DNA of 64,000 nt from Spirochaetia bacterium (GCA_963668315.1 OY764216.1:4672001-4736000); one strand, 5' to 3'; counted from the stretch's first letter, positions 37,543 through 47,758 are shown. Made by a program: numbers and translations. The notes: generated by a model from the letters alone, not told the origin.

Positions 37543-38733
37543 TTATTTAACCCGGGCCATTTTGCGCACAAGGGCTACGGTGGGTTTGAAGAAAAAGCCT
37601 TCCAGCTCTTTCCTGGCGTTCTTCAGTTCCTTTCGGATCTCTATACTCTGGGGGCAGTGTTTTTCACATTTACCGCAGTCAATACACTGGGAAGCAAACC
37701 CCGGTTTCTTGGCTCCCACGCCCAGTTCCATCATATATTTATACTTTTCCCGCTTGCCCTCAAGGAGATATTTCTCGTTATAGAGAGAGAAAACCTGGGG
37801 AATGTTGACTCCGGCTGGACAGGGCATGCAGTAGGCGCAGCCGGTGCAGGGGACTTTTGTTTTCTCTATCATGATCCGTTTGACATCATCATAGATTGTA
37901 ATTTCTTCTCCACTCAGGGAATTGGGCTCCATGGCGGAAGCGGCATTGATGTTATCGTCAAGCTGATCCTGCTCGTTCATTCCGGAAAGAACCACCGTGA
38001 CACCCGGCTGATTCCAGAGCCAGCGCAGGGACCACTCCGCATTGCTTCTCTTCCCGTCGTAGGCGGTAAATTTATCGGTAATGACTTTGGGAAGCTGATT
38101 GACAAGCTGGCCTCCCCGGAGGGGCTCCATGATAATGACGGGGATCCCCATGGATTCGGCCAGTTCCAGTCCGGAACGGCCGGCCTGGTTGTTCTCATCC
38201 ATGTAATTATACTGGATCTGACAGAAATCCCAGTCGTATGCCTTGATAATCTCCTCAAACCCCGCCTTTACCCCGTGGAAGGAAAATCCCAGATTCTTAA
38301 TGACTCCGTCTTTTTTCAGCTGTTCAAGCCAGTCGATGATTCCCAGTTTTTTCAGACGCTCAAAACCGGCGCCGTCGGCCAGCATGTGAAGCAGGTAATA
38401 ATCGATATAATCCATATTGAGGCGTGACAGCTGTGTATCGAACATTTTTTTCGCCTTATCCAGGCTGTTGATCATGAACTGGGGAAGCTTGGTGGCGACT
38501 TTCACCCTTTCCCGGTAACCGTCGGCCAGGGCTTTTCCCAGAAGGGGTTCGCTCTTTCCTCCGTGATAGGGATAGGCCGTATCGAAGTAATTGACGCCCC
38601 TGTCGGCGGCATCACGGATAAGGGCAATAGCCTTTTCCTCATCGATAGACGATCCCTTCATGGGAAGTCTCATACAACCGAATCCTAAAATAGAAAGATC
38701 ATCTCCGTTCTTCGGATTTTTTCTAGTGAGCAT
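37543..38733 (-). CDS. Aldo/keto reductase with C-terminal 4Fe-4S dicluster
   Basis: LGFGCMRLP, NYFDTAYPYH, MEPLRGG, CTGCAYCMPCP and CIDCGKCEKHCP motifs. Confidence 0.92.
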   Translation of the reverse strand: MLTRKNPKNGDDLSILGFGCMRLPMKGSSIDEEKAIALIRDAADRGVNYFDTAYPYHGGKSEPLLGKALADGYRERVKVATKLPQFMINSLDKAKKMFDTQLSRLNMDYIDYYLLHMLADGAGFERLKKLGIIDWLEQLKKDGVIKNLGFSFHGVKAGFEEIIKAYDWDFCQIQYNYMDENNQAGRSGLELAESMGIPVIIMEPLRGGQLVNQLPKVITDKFTAYDGKRSNAEWSLRWLWNQPGVTVVLSGMNEQDQLDDNINAASAMEPNSLSGEEITIYDDVKRIMIEKTKVPCTGCAYCMPCPAGVNIPQVFSLYNEKYLLEGKREKYKYMMELGVGAKKPGFASQCIDCGKCEKHCPQSIEIRKELKNARKELEGFFFKPTVALVRKMARVK

Positions 38734-38860
38734 AGTGTCAACTCCTTATATATAGTTATACTATACATCAAGATCCAGGAGATCTGGGAGGTAAGATCCT
38801 GCATTTTTCTTGCCCGATAATACATTTCTGAGGAAAATCGGCCTATTTCCCAAAAGAATA

Positions 38861-38891
38861 TTGACCTAGAGTAAGGTCTAGGATGTATTTT
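38861..38891 (+). promoter_or_regulatory. MerR-family-type promoter/operator (19-bp spacer with dyad)
   Basis: TTGACC (38861-66), 19 nt, TATTTT (38886-91); dyad CCTAGA-GTAAGG-TCTAGG (38865-82). Confidence 0.75.
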
Positions 38892-38922
38892 CTATGAAAA
38901 CACCATCAACATGAGGAAAGAA

Positions 38923-40095
38923 ATGAATATAGACTTCACCTATCAGAATCCCACCACGATCTATTTCGGCAAAAACGGAATGGACAATCTGAAAGCGGAA
39001 CTGGCAAATTACGGCGAAACCGTCATGCTGGCCTACGGTAAGGGCTCCATCAAAAAGATCGGTCTTTACGATCAGGTCATCTCCGTGCTTGAGGAGAGCG
39101 GCAAGAAAGTCGTTGAGCTGACCGGCATTATGGCCAACCCGACCTACGAAAAGGTCAAAGAGGGGGCAAGGATCGTCAAGGACAATCAGGTCGATCTGAT
39201 ACTGGCCGTCGGCGGCGGTTCCGTTATCGACTGCGCCAAGGGAATCTCCGTTTCGGCCTACTGCGATGATGACCCCTGGAAAAAATACTGGCTTGAGTTT
39301 CAGCCCGTCGCCAATAAAATCGTACCGGTGGCCTCAATCCTCACCCTGGCCGGTACGGGCTCCGAGATGAACGGCGGCTCGGTCATAACCAATGACGACA
39401 TGAAACTGAAAATGGGCCGCGTCTTCCCCGCCGAAGTCTATCCCAAATTCTCCATTCTGAACCCGGAGTACACATTCTCCCTGCCCAAGTATCAGATGGT
39501 AAGCGGTATCTTTGATATGATGTCCCACCTCATGGAATCCTACTTCTCCGGCGAAGATGATGTGACCACCGACTATATGATAGAAGCTGTTCTCCGTTCC
39601 ATCATCCACAGCGCTGAAATAGCCATTGAAAACCCCGAAGACTACGAAGCGAGAAGCAACCTGATGTGGAGCGCCACCCTGGCCATGAATCCCCTTATGG
39701 GACTCAGCAAGCCCCAGGACTGGCAGGTTCATATGATTGAGCACCAGCTCGGCGCTTATACAGACTGCGCTCACGGTATGGGGCTGGCCGCCGTTTCCCT
39801 CCCCTACTACCGTATGATCTGTAAAGACGGATTGAACAAGTTTGTCCGGTTCGCCACCCAGGTATGGGGTATCGACGGAGAGGGTAAATCCAAAGAAGAA
39901 CTAGCCCTGTCAGGTATCGATGCCCTCGAAGCATTCTGCAGGAAATGCGGAATCGTGACCAACCTGAAAGAGCTGGGTGCAACGGAAGAGATGCTTCCCC
40001 AGATCGCCCATTCCACCGTGCTTCTGGGATGCTACAAGAAACTTACCGCCGATGACGTCCTGGCCGTTCTGAAAACAGCTTACGACGAGAAATAG
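38923..40095 (+). CDS. Iron-containing alcohol dehydrogenase (BdhA/YqhD-like)
   Basis: NPTTIYFG, AVGGGSVID, GTGSEMN, D..SH..E.YF and H.IEH....YTDCAHG.GLA motifs. Confidence 0.93.
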   Translation: MNIDFTYQNPTTIYFGKNGMDNLKAELANYGETVMLAYGKGSIKKIGLYDQVISVLEESGKKVVELTGIMANPTYEKVKEGARIVKDNQVDLILAVGGGSVIDCAKGISVSAYCDDDPWKKYWLEFQPVANKIVPVASILTLAGTGSEMNGGSVITNDDMKLKMGRVFPAEVYPKFSILNPEYTFSLPKYQMVSGIFDMMSHLMESYFSGEDDVTTDYMIEAVLRSIIHSAEIAIENPEDYEARSNLMWSATLAMNPLMGLSKPQDWQVHMIEHQLGAYTDCAHGMGLAAVSLPYYRMICKDGLNKFVRFATQVWGIDGEGKSKEELALSGIDALEAFCRKCGIVTNLKELGATEEMLPQIAHSTVLLGCYKKLTADDVLAVLKTAYDEK

Positions 40096-40171
40096 ACCGG
40101 TATAACCGTCTGCGCTCTCCCCTTCGGCCTTTAGGCCTGAGGGGCAGGGTCATTTACTTAGGAGGAAAGAC

Positions 40172-40684
40172 ATGAAATCACCAAAAGTCATAGGAATGTG
40201 TTTATTCACCCTGCTGATGTTTACTTTGACAATACCATGTTTCTCTCAGGGCAAAGAGGATGACAGACAGAATAAGGCACTCCCAAAGGAGGGAACAGAA
40301 GTGAACAGCGAAGCAGAAAACCGGGAAGGTATGCCGGTGGTAATGGTTATGAACGGCACCGAGGTCAAGGCCACTCTTAACAATACACTTACGGCAAGGG
40401 AATTCGCCAAGCTTCTTCCCTATTCGGTAACCGTTTCCCGGGCGACCGATGACCTGTGCGGTTCGGTAGGCGAAAGTCTGCCCTCCGATCCTTCCGAAGG
40501 ACAGAATAGCTGGAAGATCGGTGAAATAGGCTGGTTCGGCGGCTGGTTTACCATTCTTGTGGACCATGAAGAACGCTTCTACCAGATGCCCGGCGTTATG
40601 ATCATCGGAAGAATCAGCGATGAAGACCTGAGCAAGGTGACCGGGCTGACCGGCAGGGTGGATATCACCGTCCGGGCTGAATAA
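40172..40684 (+). CDS. Exported cyclophilin-like fold protein
   Basis: Signal peptide, ATLNNTLTAREFAKLLP and GEIGWF...IIGRI pattern. Confidence 0.75.
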   Translation: MKSPKVIGMCLFTLLMFTLTIPCFSQGKEDDRQNKALPKEGTEVNSEAENREGMPVVMVMNGTEVKATLNNTLTAREFAKLLPYSVTVSRATDDLCGSVGESLPSDPSEGQNSWKIGEIGWFGGWFTILVDHEERFYQMPGVMIIGRISDEDLSKVTGLTGRVDITVRAE

Positions 40685-40729
40685 TATTTCCAGAACGGTT
40701 ATACTTATGGAAGCAAACAAGGAGAAAAA

Positions 40730-41173
40730 ATGAAAAAAATCATACTCCTGTTCCTCATTGCGGGAACAGCACTTATCAGCAACCTGTCCTGTCAGGGAAT
40801 CAATTCAAAGGAGTCGGATAATAAAATGAAACTAACAGTGGGAAATACCGTATTCAGCGCCACGCTGGTGGATAACTCAACAACGGTGAAGCTTAGGGAG
40901 ATGCTATCGGAGGGCCCGATAACCATAGATATGCGGGATTACGGCAATATGGAAAAGGTCGGTTCCTTCGGGACCAGCCTGCCCAGAAACGACGAACCCA
41001 TTACCACCGAGGCGGGAGACCTGATTCTTTACCAGGGAAATGCCTTTGTTATTTACTATGCTCCCAACTCATGGAATTTCACCCGTATCGGAAAAATCGA
41101 CAACGTGACCGCCTCTCAGCTTAAAAGCGCTCTGGGAAGCGGCAATGTGTCGGTGACCCTCTCTCTGGATTAG
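40730..41173 (+). CDS. Exported cyclophilin-like fold protein (possible lipoprotein)
   Basis: Signal peptide with LSC, ATLVDNST, M.DYG.MEK, GDLILYQGN..VIYY and TRIGKI motifs. Confidence 0.82.
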   Translation: MKKIILLFLIAGTALISNLSCQGINSKESDNKMKLTVGNTVFSATLVDNSTTVKLREMLSEGPITIDMRDYGNMEKVGSFGTSLPRNDEPITTEAGDLILYQGNAFVIYYAPNSWNFTRIGKIDNVTASQLKSALGSGNVSVTLSLD

Positions 41174-41234
41174 GGGATCCCCCACCCTTTTTGGCGATCG
41201 GGGGCATTCCCTTCCCCCGGCGTCAGAGAGCTCT

Positions 41235-41702
41235 TTACCGGAAAAAACCATCCTTCGTATAGAGAATTTCTTCAAGCCGGTACATATGCCAGTATTCATG
41301 GAATATCATGTGCCTGACAATAATCGGAATGGAGTAGTCGGTGTACTCCTTGTGATCGGCTCTCCTCTCCAGCTCTTTACGGCTGCAGCTTTCAATTTCT
41401 TCGATCTGCTTTTTCCTGAAGCGGCGGTATTTACGTAAAGCCTCTTCGATTCCCAGATTTTCTATATCGTCTTCCTCCGGAAAATAGGGTTCAATAACCG
41501 GGTTCTCACTCTCCCTGATGAGCTTTATTCTGCCGAGCAGCATCTCCTGAACCTGTACGATATGAAGAAAGTGCTCTCTGATTGTCCAGGCCGTTTCATC
41601 TCTTCTGACATCAAGCCTGTCCTCCGGGACATTATCCATAAACTTCGCGATAATATTCGGGATATGTTTTAAAGTTTCCAACTCTTCCGTAATTTCCATC
41701 AT
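41235..41702 (-). CDS. DinB/YfiT-like family protein
   Basis: WTIREHFLHI and HMIFHEYWH metal-binding His pattern. Confidence 0.85.
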   Translation of the reverse strand: MMEITEELETLKHIPNIIAKFMDNVPEDRLDVRRDETAWTIREHFLHIVQVQEMLLGRIKLIRESENPVIEPYFPEEDDIENLGIEEALRKYRRFRKKQIEEIESCSRKELERRADHKEYTDYSIPIIVRHMIFHEYWHMYRLEEILYTKDGFFR

Positions 41703-41866
41703 GAGACTTCTCCTTGCGCAGTTGTCAGATAATAATGAGAGTAGCCATGCTCCCTTCCCATCCGGCTGTCGGATAAAACATTATCCCCAATATATTTTTT
41801 TTACAAGACTCCCTCGATCATTTGAAATCGGATACGTCTTCTATATAATTTATAGAGGGTAACAAT

Positions 41867-43348
41867 ATGCAGAAACAGTTCAGCCTGATCATCTTCCTAT
41901 TGCTTCTATCGGTAATTATCTTTATTACCTACAATGGCTATGATATAGGCAAAAAGAACAGCGAAAACCAGTACAATATCCTGATAAGCGACCTGAACAG
42001 GGATACGACGGACTTTACCTCATGGATCAGAGATAAAAAGGAAATTCTCAATACGGCCAAAGATGTGGTTGATAATTTCAGCTACGACGAAATCACCGCC
42101 TGGAAGACCTTGAATCCCTACCTGAATATCAATAATGATGACCCGGATATATCCCGGATATTTATCGGCCTGGAGACGGGCAAGTTCATTACCGGCGGCC
42201 AATGGATCCCTCCGGAGGACTACGATCCGAGAGAGCGAATATGGTACAGAGAAGCGGTGGAAGCGGGAAAAACGATCATCTCCCCCGTCTATATAGACCT
42301 TGAATCGGGAGACAGGACCGTAACGATCAGTTCCCCCCTTTATCTGGAGAACCGTTTTGCCGGCGTGATTTCGGCCGACGTGTTTATAAACGATATCAAC
42401 AACTGGCTGACCAGACAGATAAACAGAGAGAATATCTATACCTACCTCATGGATTCGGAGGGGACCATAATCATTCATACCCTCAGGCCCGAACTTGTGG
42501 GCACCAACGGCAGCCGGGACGTTGAGTTGTACGAAACCTCCTTCAAAAAAAAGGAGACCATGGATGATTACTTCCGGCAGGCCAGGGAAACCAACGAGAT
42601 TGTCAGAATGGAATATGTCATCAACGGCATGAGAACCAGGGGAATTATCAGGAAAATTGAAGACGGCGACTGGTTCCTGGCCGTCTCGACAAGGGATGAT
42701 GGAAGCATTCTCCATTTCCTTGAACAGAACAGCCGAAGCATCCTGTTCAATATTCTGATGCTGGGGATTATCCTATCATTGCTTCTCCTGGTGATCCGTA
42801 TCAAACATGAGCTGGAGGAGAAAAACCAGATTCTGACCATGGATAACGAAAGGGATTTTCTTACGGGTATCTTCAACCGCCGGTACTTCAATCTTTACAT
42901 GGATAATCTCTGGAAATCCAGAAAAGACACCGACAGGACGAGTATTCTCATGATAGATATCGATCACTTCAAAGGATACAATGACACCTACGGCCATATC
43001 AGGGGTGACGAAGTTCTGAAATCGGTTACCAGCGCCATCAATGGAACGATAAGAAGACAGGATATTTTTGCCCGGTACGGAGGGGAGGAGTTTGTACTGA
43101 TCCTCACGATGGTATCTCCTGAGGATGCCAGGAAAATAGGGGAGAAAATTCTGGAAGCTGTCTATGAAAGGAATATTGAAAACACCTCATCCCGCATGGG
43201 CCGCATTACCATAAGCATCGGAGCAGCCTCCCTGGAAAGGGAAGAGCAGATTGATGTCCGCCAATTCATCAACAGGGCGGATCAGGCTCTGTACAGGGCA
43301 AAGAAAACGGGACGTAACAGAATTGTCGTCTTTCCCGGAGAGAATTGA
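41867..43348 (+). CDS. dCache-sensor diguanylate cyclase
   Basis: TM-dCache-TM-GGDEF layout with DFLTG..NRR, DIDHFK.YND.YGH and RRQD (I-site)-IFARY-GGEEF. Confidence 0.93.
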   Translation: MQKQFSLIIFLLLLSVIIFITYNGYDIGKKNSENQYNILISDLNRDTTDFTSWIRDKKEILNTAKDVVDNFSYDEITAWKTLNPYLNINNDDPDISRIFIGLETGKFITGGQWIPPEDYDPRERIWYREAVEAGKTIISPVYIDLESGDRTVTISSPLYLENRFAGVISADVFINDINNWLTRQINRENIYTYLMDSEGTIIIHTLRPELVGTNGSRDVELYETSFKKKETMDDYFRQARETNEIVRMEYVINGMRTRGIIRKIEDGDWFLAVSTRDDGSILHFLEQNSRSILFNILMLGIILSLLLLVIRIKHELEEKNQILTMDNERDFLTGIFNRRYFNLYMDNLWKSRKDTDRTSILMIDIDHFKGYNDTYGHIRGDEVLKSVTSAINGTIRRQDIFARYGGEEFVLILTMVSPEDARKIGEKILEAVYERNIENTSSRMGRITISIGAASLEREEQIDVRQFINRADQALYRAKKTGRNRIVVFPGEN

Positions 43349-43394
43349 TTCATAGAAAACCTGATTTCACATTCCATTCGGTGCAATAATTAAT

Positions 43395-43505
43395 TTGACA
43401 TATAGGGATATCGGGTTTAATATATTTCCTATGCACACGTTTGCGATATTATATTTACTTTCTTTCAAAGAATATAACAAATTTACAAGATAACGTGTGC
43501 ATAGG
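43395..43505 (+). promoter_or_regulatory. Promoter TTGACA-17-TAATAT with two LacI-type operators
   Basis: -35 at 43395-43400, -10 at 43418-23. Operators ATGCACACGTTTGC (43431-44) and AACGTGTGCAT (43492-502). Confidence 0.7.
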
Positions 43506-43513
43506 ATGAATCG

Positions 43514-44536
43514 TTGAAGGTAACCATAAAGGATATTGCTGCAGTGGCCGGGGTCAGTCATTCCACCGTCTCCCGCGCTTTAAATGACAGTCCCCAGATA
43601 AGCTCCGCGACCAAAGAAAAAATCAAAGATATTGCCAAAACAATGAACTTTGAATTCAATGCGGGAGCGCGAAGTCTGAGCGGGCGCAAAACGGGGAATA
43701 TAGCCGTTGTCTACCAGGCGATACACGATCAGTTCGGCTCCTCCCTCTATGTCAGTCAGCTTTTTATTGAATTGCGCCATTTTCTTGAGAGGATGGACAT
43801 GGATGTCATACTGCTGGAAGGCTACCACCCGGAAACCGGCTCCAGCAACATAAGCCGTCTGCTGAGGCAGCAGAAGGTGGATGGGTTCCTGATAGTCCAT
43901 GACCTGATTAAGCAAAGGGATTACGAAAGCATCAAACAGTCCGGTCTTCCCATCGTACAGCTCCATCTGCCCCCGGTCTACTGCCAGAAGGAGGAACTGG
44001 ATTACTTCTTCACCGATCATTTCATGGGAGGCAGACTGGCCACGGAACATCTGATTAAAAGGGGCTGCAGAAGAATCCTGACCGTGTCAACGACGGACTC
44101 CGAATCGGAGGAGTTCCGACAGAGGACCCTGGGTTATAAACAGGCCCTGAAGGATTTCGGGATTCCCTTTGAGGAAGACCTGGTTTTTGCCGCCGACAGT
44201 TCCTATCAGAAGGGATACAACCTTTTCAGAATTATACCGGAAATTCTGGCCAATGTGGACGGGATCTTCTTCCAGACCGATATTCAAGCCTTCGGTTTTC
44301 TCAGCGCGGCGCGGGAAAGGGGTCTCAGCATCCCGCATGATATGAAAGTCATCGGTTATGATGATGCCCCGATTTGCGAGCTGGCGAATCCTCCCCTCAC
44401 AACGGTTCATCAGCCCAGAAGAAAACTGGCGGAACTGGCCTGCGAGAGAATCGTGGATCTCATCGCCAAGCGTCACAACGAATCAAGGCATCAGGAGGTG
44501 CTTTTCCCCCACATTGTGGTGCGTGAATCGACTTAG
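43514..44536 (+). CDS. LacI family transcriptional regulator
   Basis: TIKDIAAVAGVSHSTVSRALN HTH, IGYDD, LTTVHQP and VVREST motifs. Confidence 0.95.
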   Translation: MKVTIKDIAAVAGVSHSTVSRALNDSPQISSATKEKIKDIAKTMNFEFNAGARSLSGRKTGNIAVVYQAIHDQFGSSLYVSQLFIELRHFLERMDMDVILLEGYHPETGSSNISRLLRQQKVDGFLIVHDLIKQRDYESIKQSGLPIVQLHLPPVYCQKEELDYFFTDHFMGGRLATEHLIKRGCRRILTVSTTDSESEEFRQRTLGYKQALKDFGIPFEEDLVFAADSSYQKGYNLFRIIPEILANVDGIFFQTDIQAFGFLSAARERGLSIPHDMKVIGYDDAPICELANPPLTTVHQPRRKLAELACERIVDLIAKRHNESRHQEVLFPHIVVREST

Positions 44537-44593
44537 TTATGAAATAAACTGCGTTGGGCAGTTTTTATAGAAATTACTTATAAGGAGTAAAAA

Positions 44594-45868
44594 ATGAAAA
44601 AAATCATGTTGCTTTTGCTGGCAGTTTTGCTAACCGGAATGGTTTATGCCAACGGCCAGAAGGATGATGGAGCCAAAGGAAACGGCGATGTCACGGTTTC
44701 AATGTTTCAGCTGAAAGTTGAAATTAAAGACGCACTGGACAGCTATGCCGCCCAGTATTCCGCAGCCACCCCCGGAGTAACCGTATCAGTGGAAACCCTC
44801 GGCGGCGGAGCCGACTACGGCGGAGCCATGAAAGCGAAAGCACAGGCCGGAGAAATGCCCGATATTTTCCAGATAGAAGGTATGGGCGGCTACAATCTCT
44901 GGAAAGATTATATCGCCAGCATGGACGGCGAAGCCTGGGTCAAAGATACCGATCTCGGTTTTGTCGTTGATGGTAAGGTTTACGGTTTTCCCGTAGCCAT
45001 AGAGGGATACGGTCTTGCCTACAATGCGGACATACTGGCAAAAGCCGGCATCGACCCCGCCTCCCTCACGACCAGAAGCGCCTACGAAAAGGCATTCAAG
45101 ACCCTTGAATCCAAGAAGGCTGAACTCGGAATCGATGCTCCCGTAGCCATGGCTGCTTCCGTGGCCGGCGGTATGTGGTGGGTAGCGGCTCAGCACAATC
45201 TGGCCTGTTACTGGGGCGGCGGTCTCGATTTTACCGATACCAGCGTCATTGAAGATGCACTGGCCGGAAAAATGGACGAACCCCGTTTCCGCGAATATGC
45301 CAAATACCTGCAGCTCCTTTATAAATATGCAGATCAGAACATCCTGCTGAACGGAAGCTACGACGATCAGGTCGGCTCCTTCGCCCAGGGACGGACCGCT
45401 TTCCTCCATCAGGGGAACTGGGTTGATCCCAACATGAAGCAGCTCGATGTAACCTTCAAAATGGGCTACGCTCCCCACGCCTTTACCGAGACTCCTCAGA
45501 CCGGTCTCTACCTTTTCGCTCCCAGCTGGTACGTGGTTAACGGCATGAGCCCCAGGGCAGAACAGGCCAAGGCTTTCCTCGCCGCCATGGCGACCACCAG
45601 TGAAGGCCAGGACTACATCGTCAACAAAGCCGGAATGATCCCCGCCTTCAAATCGGTAACCCTCAAGCCTTCAGGACAGCTGAGCCAGGCTTTGATGGCC
45701 GCCAACGCCAAGGGCGGCAACTACGGCGTATTCTTCGGAATGCTCCCCGACGGTGCCGGCCAGAATGTTTTCGGCCCGATCTTTGATCTCTTTGCCCAGA
45801 ACCCCGATGATATCGATCAGTTTGTCGCTGATATGAAAGATGCCATCGCCGGTCTTCCTAACATGTAA
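44594..45868 (+). CDS. Sugar ABC transporter substrate-binding protein (MsmE-like)
   Basis: Signal peptide, FQLKVE, PDIF, GFPVAIEGYGLAYN and QGNW motifs. Confidence 0.9.
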   Translation: MKKIMLLLLAVLLTGMVYANGQKDDGAKGNGDVTVSMFQLKVEIKDALDSYAAQYSAATPGVTVSVETLGGGADYGGAMKAKAQAGEMPDIFQIEGMGGYNLWKDYIASMDGEAWVKDTDLGFVVDGKVYGFPVAIEGYGLAYNADILAKAGIDPASLTTRSAYEKAFKTLESKKAELGIDAPVAMAASVAGGMWWVAAQHNLACYWGGGLDFTDTSVIEDALAGKMDEPRFREYAKYLQLLYKYADQNILLNGSYDDQVGSFAQGRTAFLHQGNWVDPNMKQLDVTFKMGYAPHAFTETPQTGLYLFAPSWYVVNGMSPRAEQAKAFLAAMATTSEGQDYIVNKAGMIPAFKSVTLKPSGQLSQALMAANAKGGNYGVFFGMLPDGAGQNVFGPIFDLFAQNPDDIDQFVADMKDAIAGLPNM

Positions 45869-45877
45869 TTAAATAAT

Positions 45878-45911
45878 AAAAACGCGCAGTCCTGAAAAAC
45901 TGCGCGTTTTT
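45878..45911 (+). terminator. Stem-loop after the SBP gene (terminator/attenuator or mRNA stabiliser)
   Basis: AAAAACGCGCAGT/ACTGCGCGTTTTT inverted repeat. Confidence 0.7.
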
Positions 45912-45945
45912 ATCTTTTATTAAGAAATATCAGGAGTTCCCCAGG

Positions 45946-46833
45946 ATGAACAATAAACGTTTAGTTAATATCCTTTTTCTCTTTCCCACGGTTTTCGCGT
46001 TCATAATGATAATCGTGATACCCTTTTTCTTCGGGCTTTACTACTCCATGACAGACTGGAACGGCGTAAGTCCCATCATTCACTTTGTCGGATTTGAACA
46101 CTATGCCAAACTGTTCTCCATGCCGGACTTTGCACACTCCTTCGTCATCACCGTCGCCTTCACCGTGATAAATGTCATACTTGTCAATGTGGTGAGTTTT
46201 ACCCTGTCCCTCATCGTAACCAGCAAGCTGAGACTCCGCAATTTCTACCGGGCCGGATTTTTCGTCCCCTATCTGATAGGCGGGATTGTTTTAGGTTATA
46301 TATGGCAGTTCCTTTTTAATAATATCTTCGTCTCCCTGGGAAAAAGCCTCTCCATCGGCCTGCTTCAGGCTTCTTTCCTCAGCCGTCCCGAGACGGTCAT
46401 CTGGGCCATGTCGGTTGTTAATACCTGGCAGTATTCGGGTTATCTGATGCTTATCTATGTCGCCTCCATCCAGAGCATTCCCGCGTCCCTAATGGAAGCC
46501 GCCGAAGTCGACGGTGCCCGGTATATCACCAGGGTCATCCATATTCTCATTCCCATGATGGCCAATGCCTTCACTATCTCTCTTTTCCTGACTCTGACCA
46601 CATCGTTCAAACAGTATGATATGAACTTTACATTAACAAACGGAGGACCGGCCACCCGCTTCATGGGAGCCCCGGTCAAGGCCAGCCAGCTCCTGGCCAT
46701 GAACATATTCGATACGGCCACGGCCAATAAGATGGCCGAAGCCCAGGCCAAGGCGGTGGTTCTCTTCCTGGCCCTGGTCATCGTCGCCCTTATACAGGTG
46801 GCGGTAAACAAGAAAAAAGAGGTGGAAATGTGA
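45946..46833 (+). CDS. Sugar ABC transporter permease (MsmF-like)
   Basis: Multi-TM with EAA loop LMEAAEVDGA and LTNGGP. Confidence 0.92.
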   Translation: MNNKRLVNILFLFPTVFAFIMIIVIPFFFGLYYSMTDWNGVSPIIHFVGFEHYAKLFSMPDFAHSFVITVAFTVINVILVNVVSFTLSLIVTSKLRLRNFYRAGFFVPYLIGGIVLGYIWQFLFNNIFVSLGKSLSIGLLQASFLSRPETVIWAMSVVNTWQYSGYLMLIYVASIQSIPASLMEAAEVDGARYITRVIHILIPMMANAFTISLFLTLTTSFKQYDMNFTLTNGGPATRFMGAPVKASQLLAMNIFDTATANKMAEAQAKAVVLFLALVIVALIQVAVNKKKEVEM

Positions 46834-47750
46834 TGAACCAAATTGGTACAGCAAATAAATTAAAGCCGGTCTCCCCGCAGAAAGGTGTGGGCGGAACATC
46901 GCGGAAGGTTTCAAGAATCGCTCTGGAAGCCGTAACGATACTGCTCTTTATCCTTTTTATGATTCCCTTTGCCATGGTTGTCCTTAATTCGGCCAAAACA
47001 TCAAAGGAGATCATTTTTGACGCGGTAGCCCGCCCTTCCGACTGGGGACAGATATGGACGAACATATCCCTTATCTTCAACAACAAAACGGTTGATTATT
47101 TCGGAGCCTTCATAGACAGTTTCCTCATTACCTTTTTTTCTCTTCTGATCATTGTGGTCTTCTCCTCCATGGCCGCCTGGGTCCTTGTCAGAAATCATAA
47201 GAAATGGTCCACCTGGATTTTCATGATTTTCGTCGCCGCCATGGTTATCCCCTTCCAGGTTCTTATGTACCCCCTGGTCAGATGGATGAGGGTACTGGGT
47301 AATTTTCTGAACTTCAAACTTCTGGGAACGATACCGGGGATTGTCTTTGCCTATCTAGGATTCGGATCTTCCCTTTCCATTTTCATTTTCCACGGTTTTA
47401 TAAAGAGTATTCCCTATGAACTGGAAGAAGCCGCCACCATAGACGGCTGTTCCTATCAGAGGACCTTCTTCCAGATAGTCTTCCCCCTTTTGAAGCCGAT
47501 TATCGTAACCGTGCTGATTCTGAACGGAATCTGGATCTGGAACGATTATCTCCTTCCCCTGCTGGTTCTGGGATCAAACGGAGTGGTTCAGACGATCCCC
47601 ATAGCCGTAACGGCCTTCGCCGGAGCCTACCTGAAACAGTGGGACCTGATCCTCACCTCGACCCTCCTGGCCATTCTTCCCGTCATTGTTCTCTATCTGT
47701 TCGCCCAGCGCTACATCATCAAAGGCATGGTGGACGGAGCCATCAAGTAG
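46833..47750 (+). CDS. Sugar ABC transporter permease (MsmG-like)
   Basis: EEAATIDG, WIWNDYLLP and QRYIIKG...GAIK motifs. Confidence 0.92.
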   Translation: MNQIGTANKLKPVSPQKGVGGTSRKVSRIALEAVTILLFILFMIPFAMVVLNSAKTSKEIIFDAVARPSDWGQIWTNISLIFNNKTVDYFGAFIDSFLITFFSLLIIVVFSSMAAWVLVRNHKKWSTWIFMIFVAAMVIPFQVLMYPLVRWMRVLGNFLNFKLLGTIPGIVFAYLGFGSSLSIFIFHGFIKSIPYELEEAATIDGCSYQRTFFQIVFPLLKPIIVTVLILNGIWIWNDYLLPLLVLGSNGVVQTIPIAVTAFAGAYLKQWDLILTSTLLAILPVIVLYLFAQRYIIKGMVDGAIK

Positions 47751-47758
47751 AAATCAGT

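Noticed and set aside
38796..38822. Possible AraC/YqhC-like site (GGCAAGAAAAATGCAGGAT, minus strand) upstream of the aldo-keto reductase
   Set aside because: Resemblance is from memory only, with no AraC gene or second copy in the window to support it.
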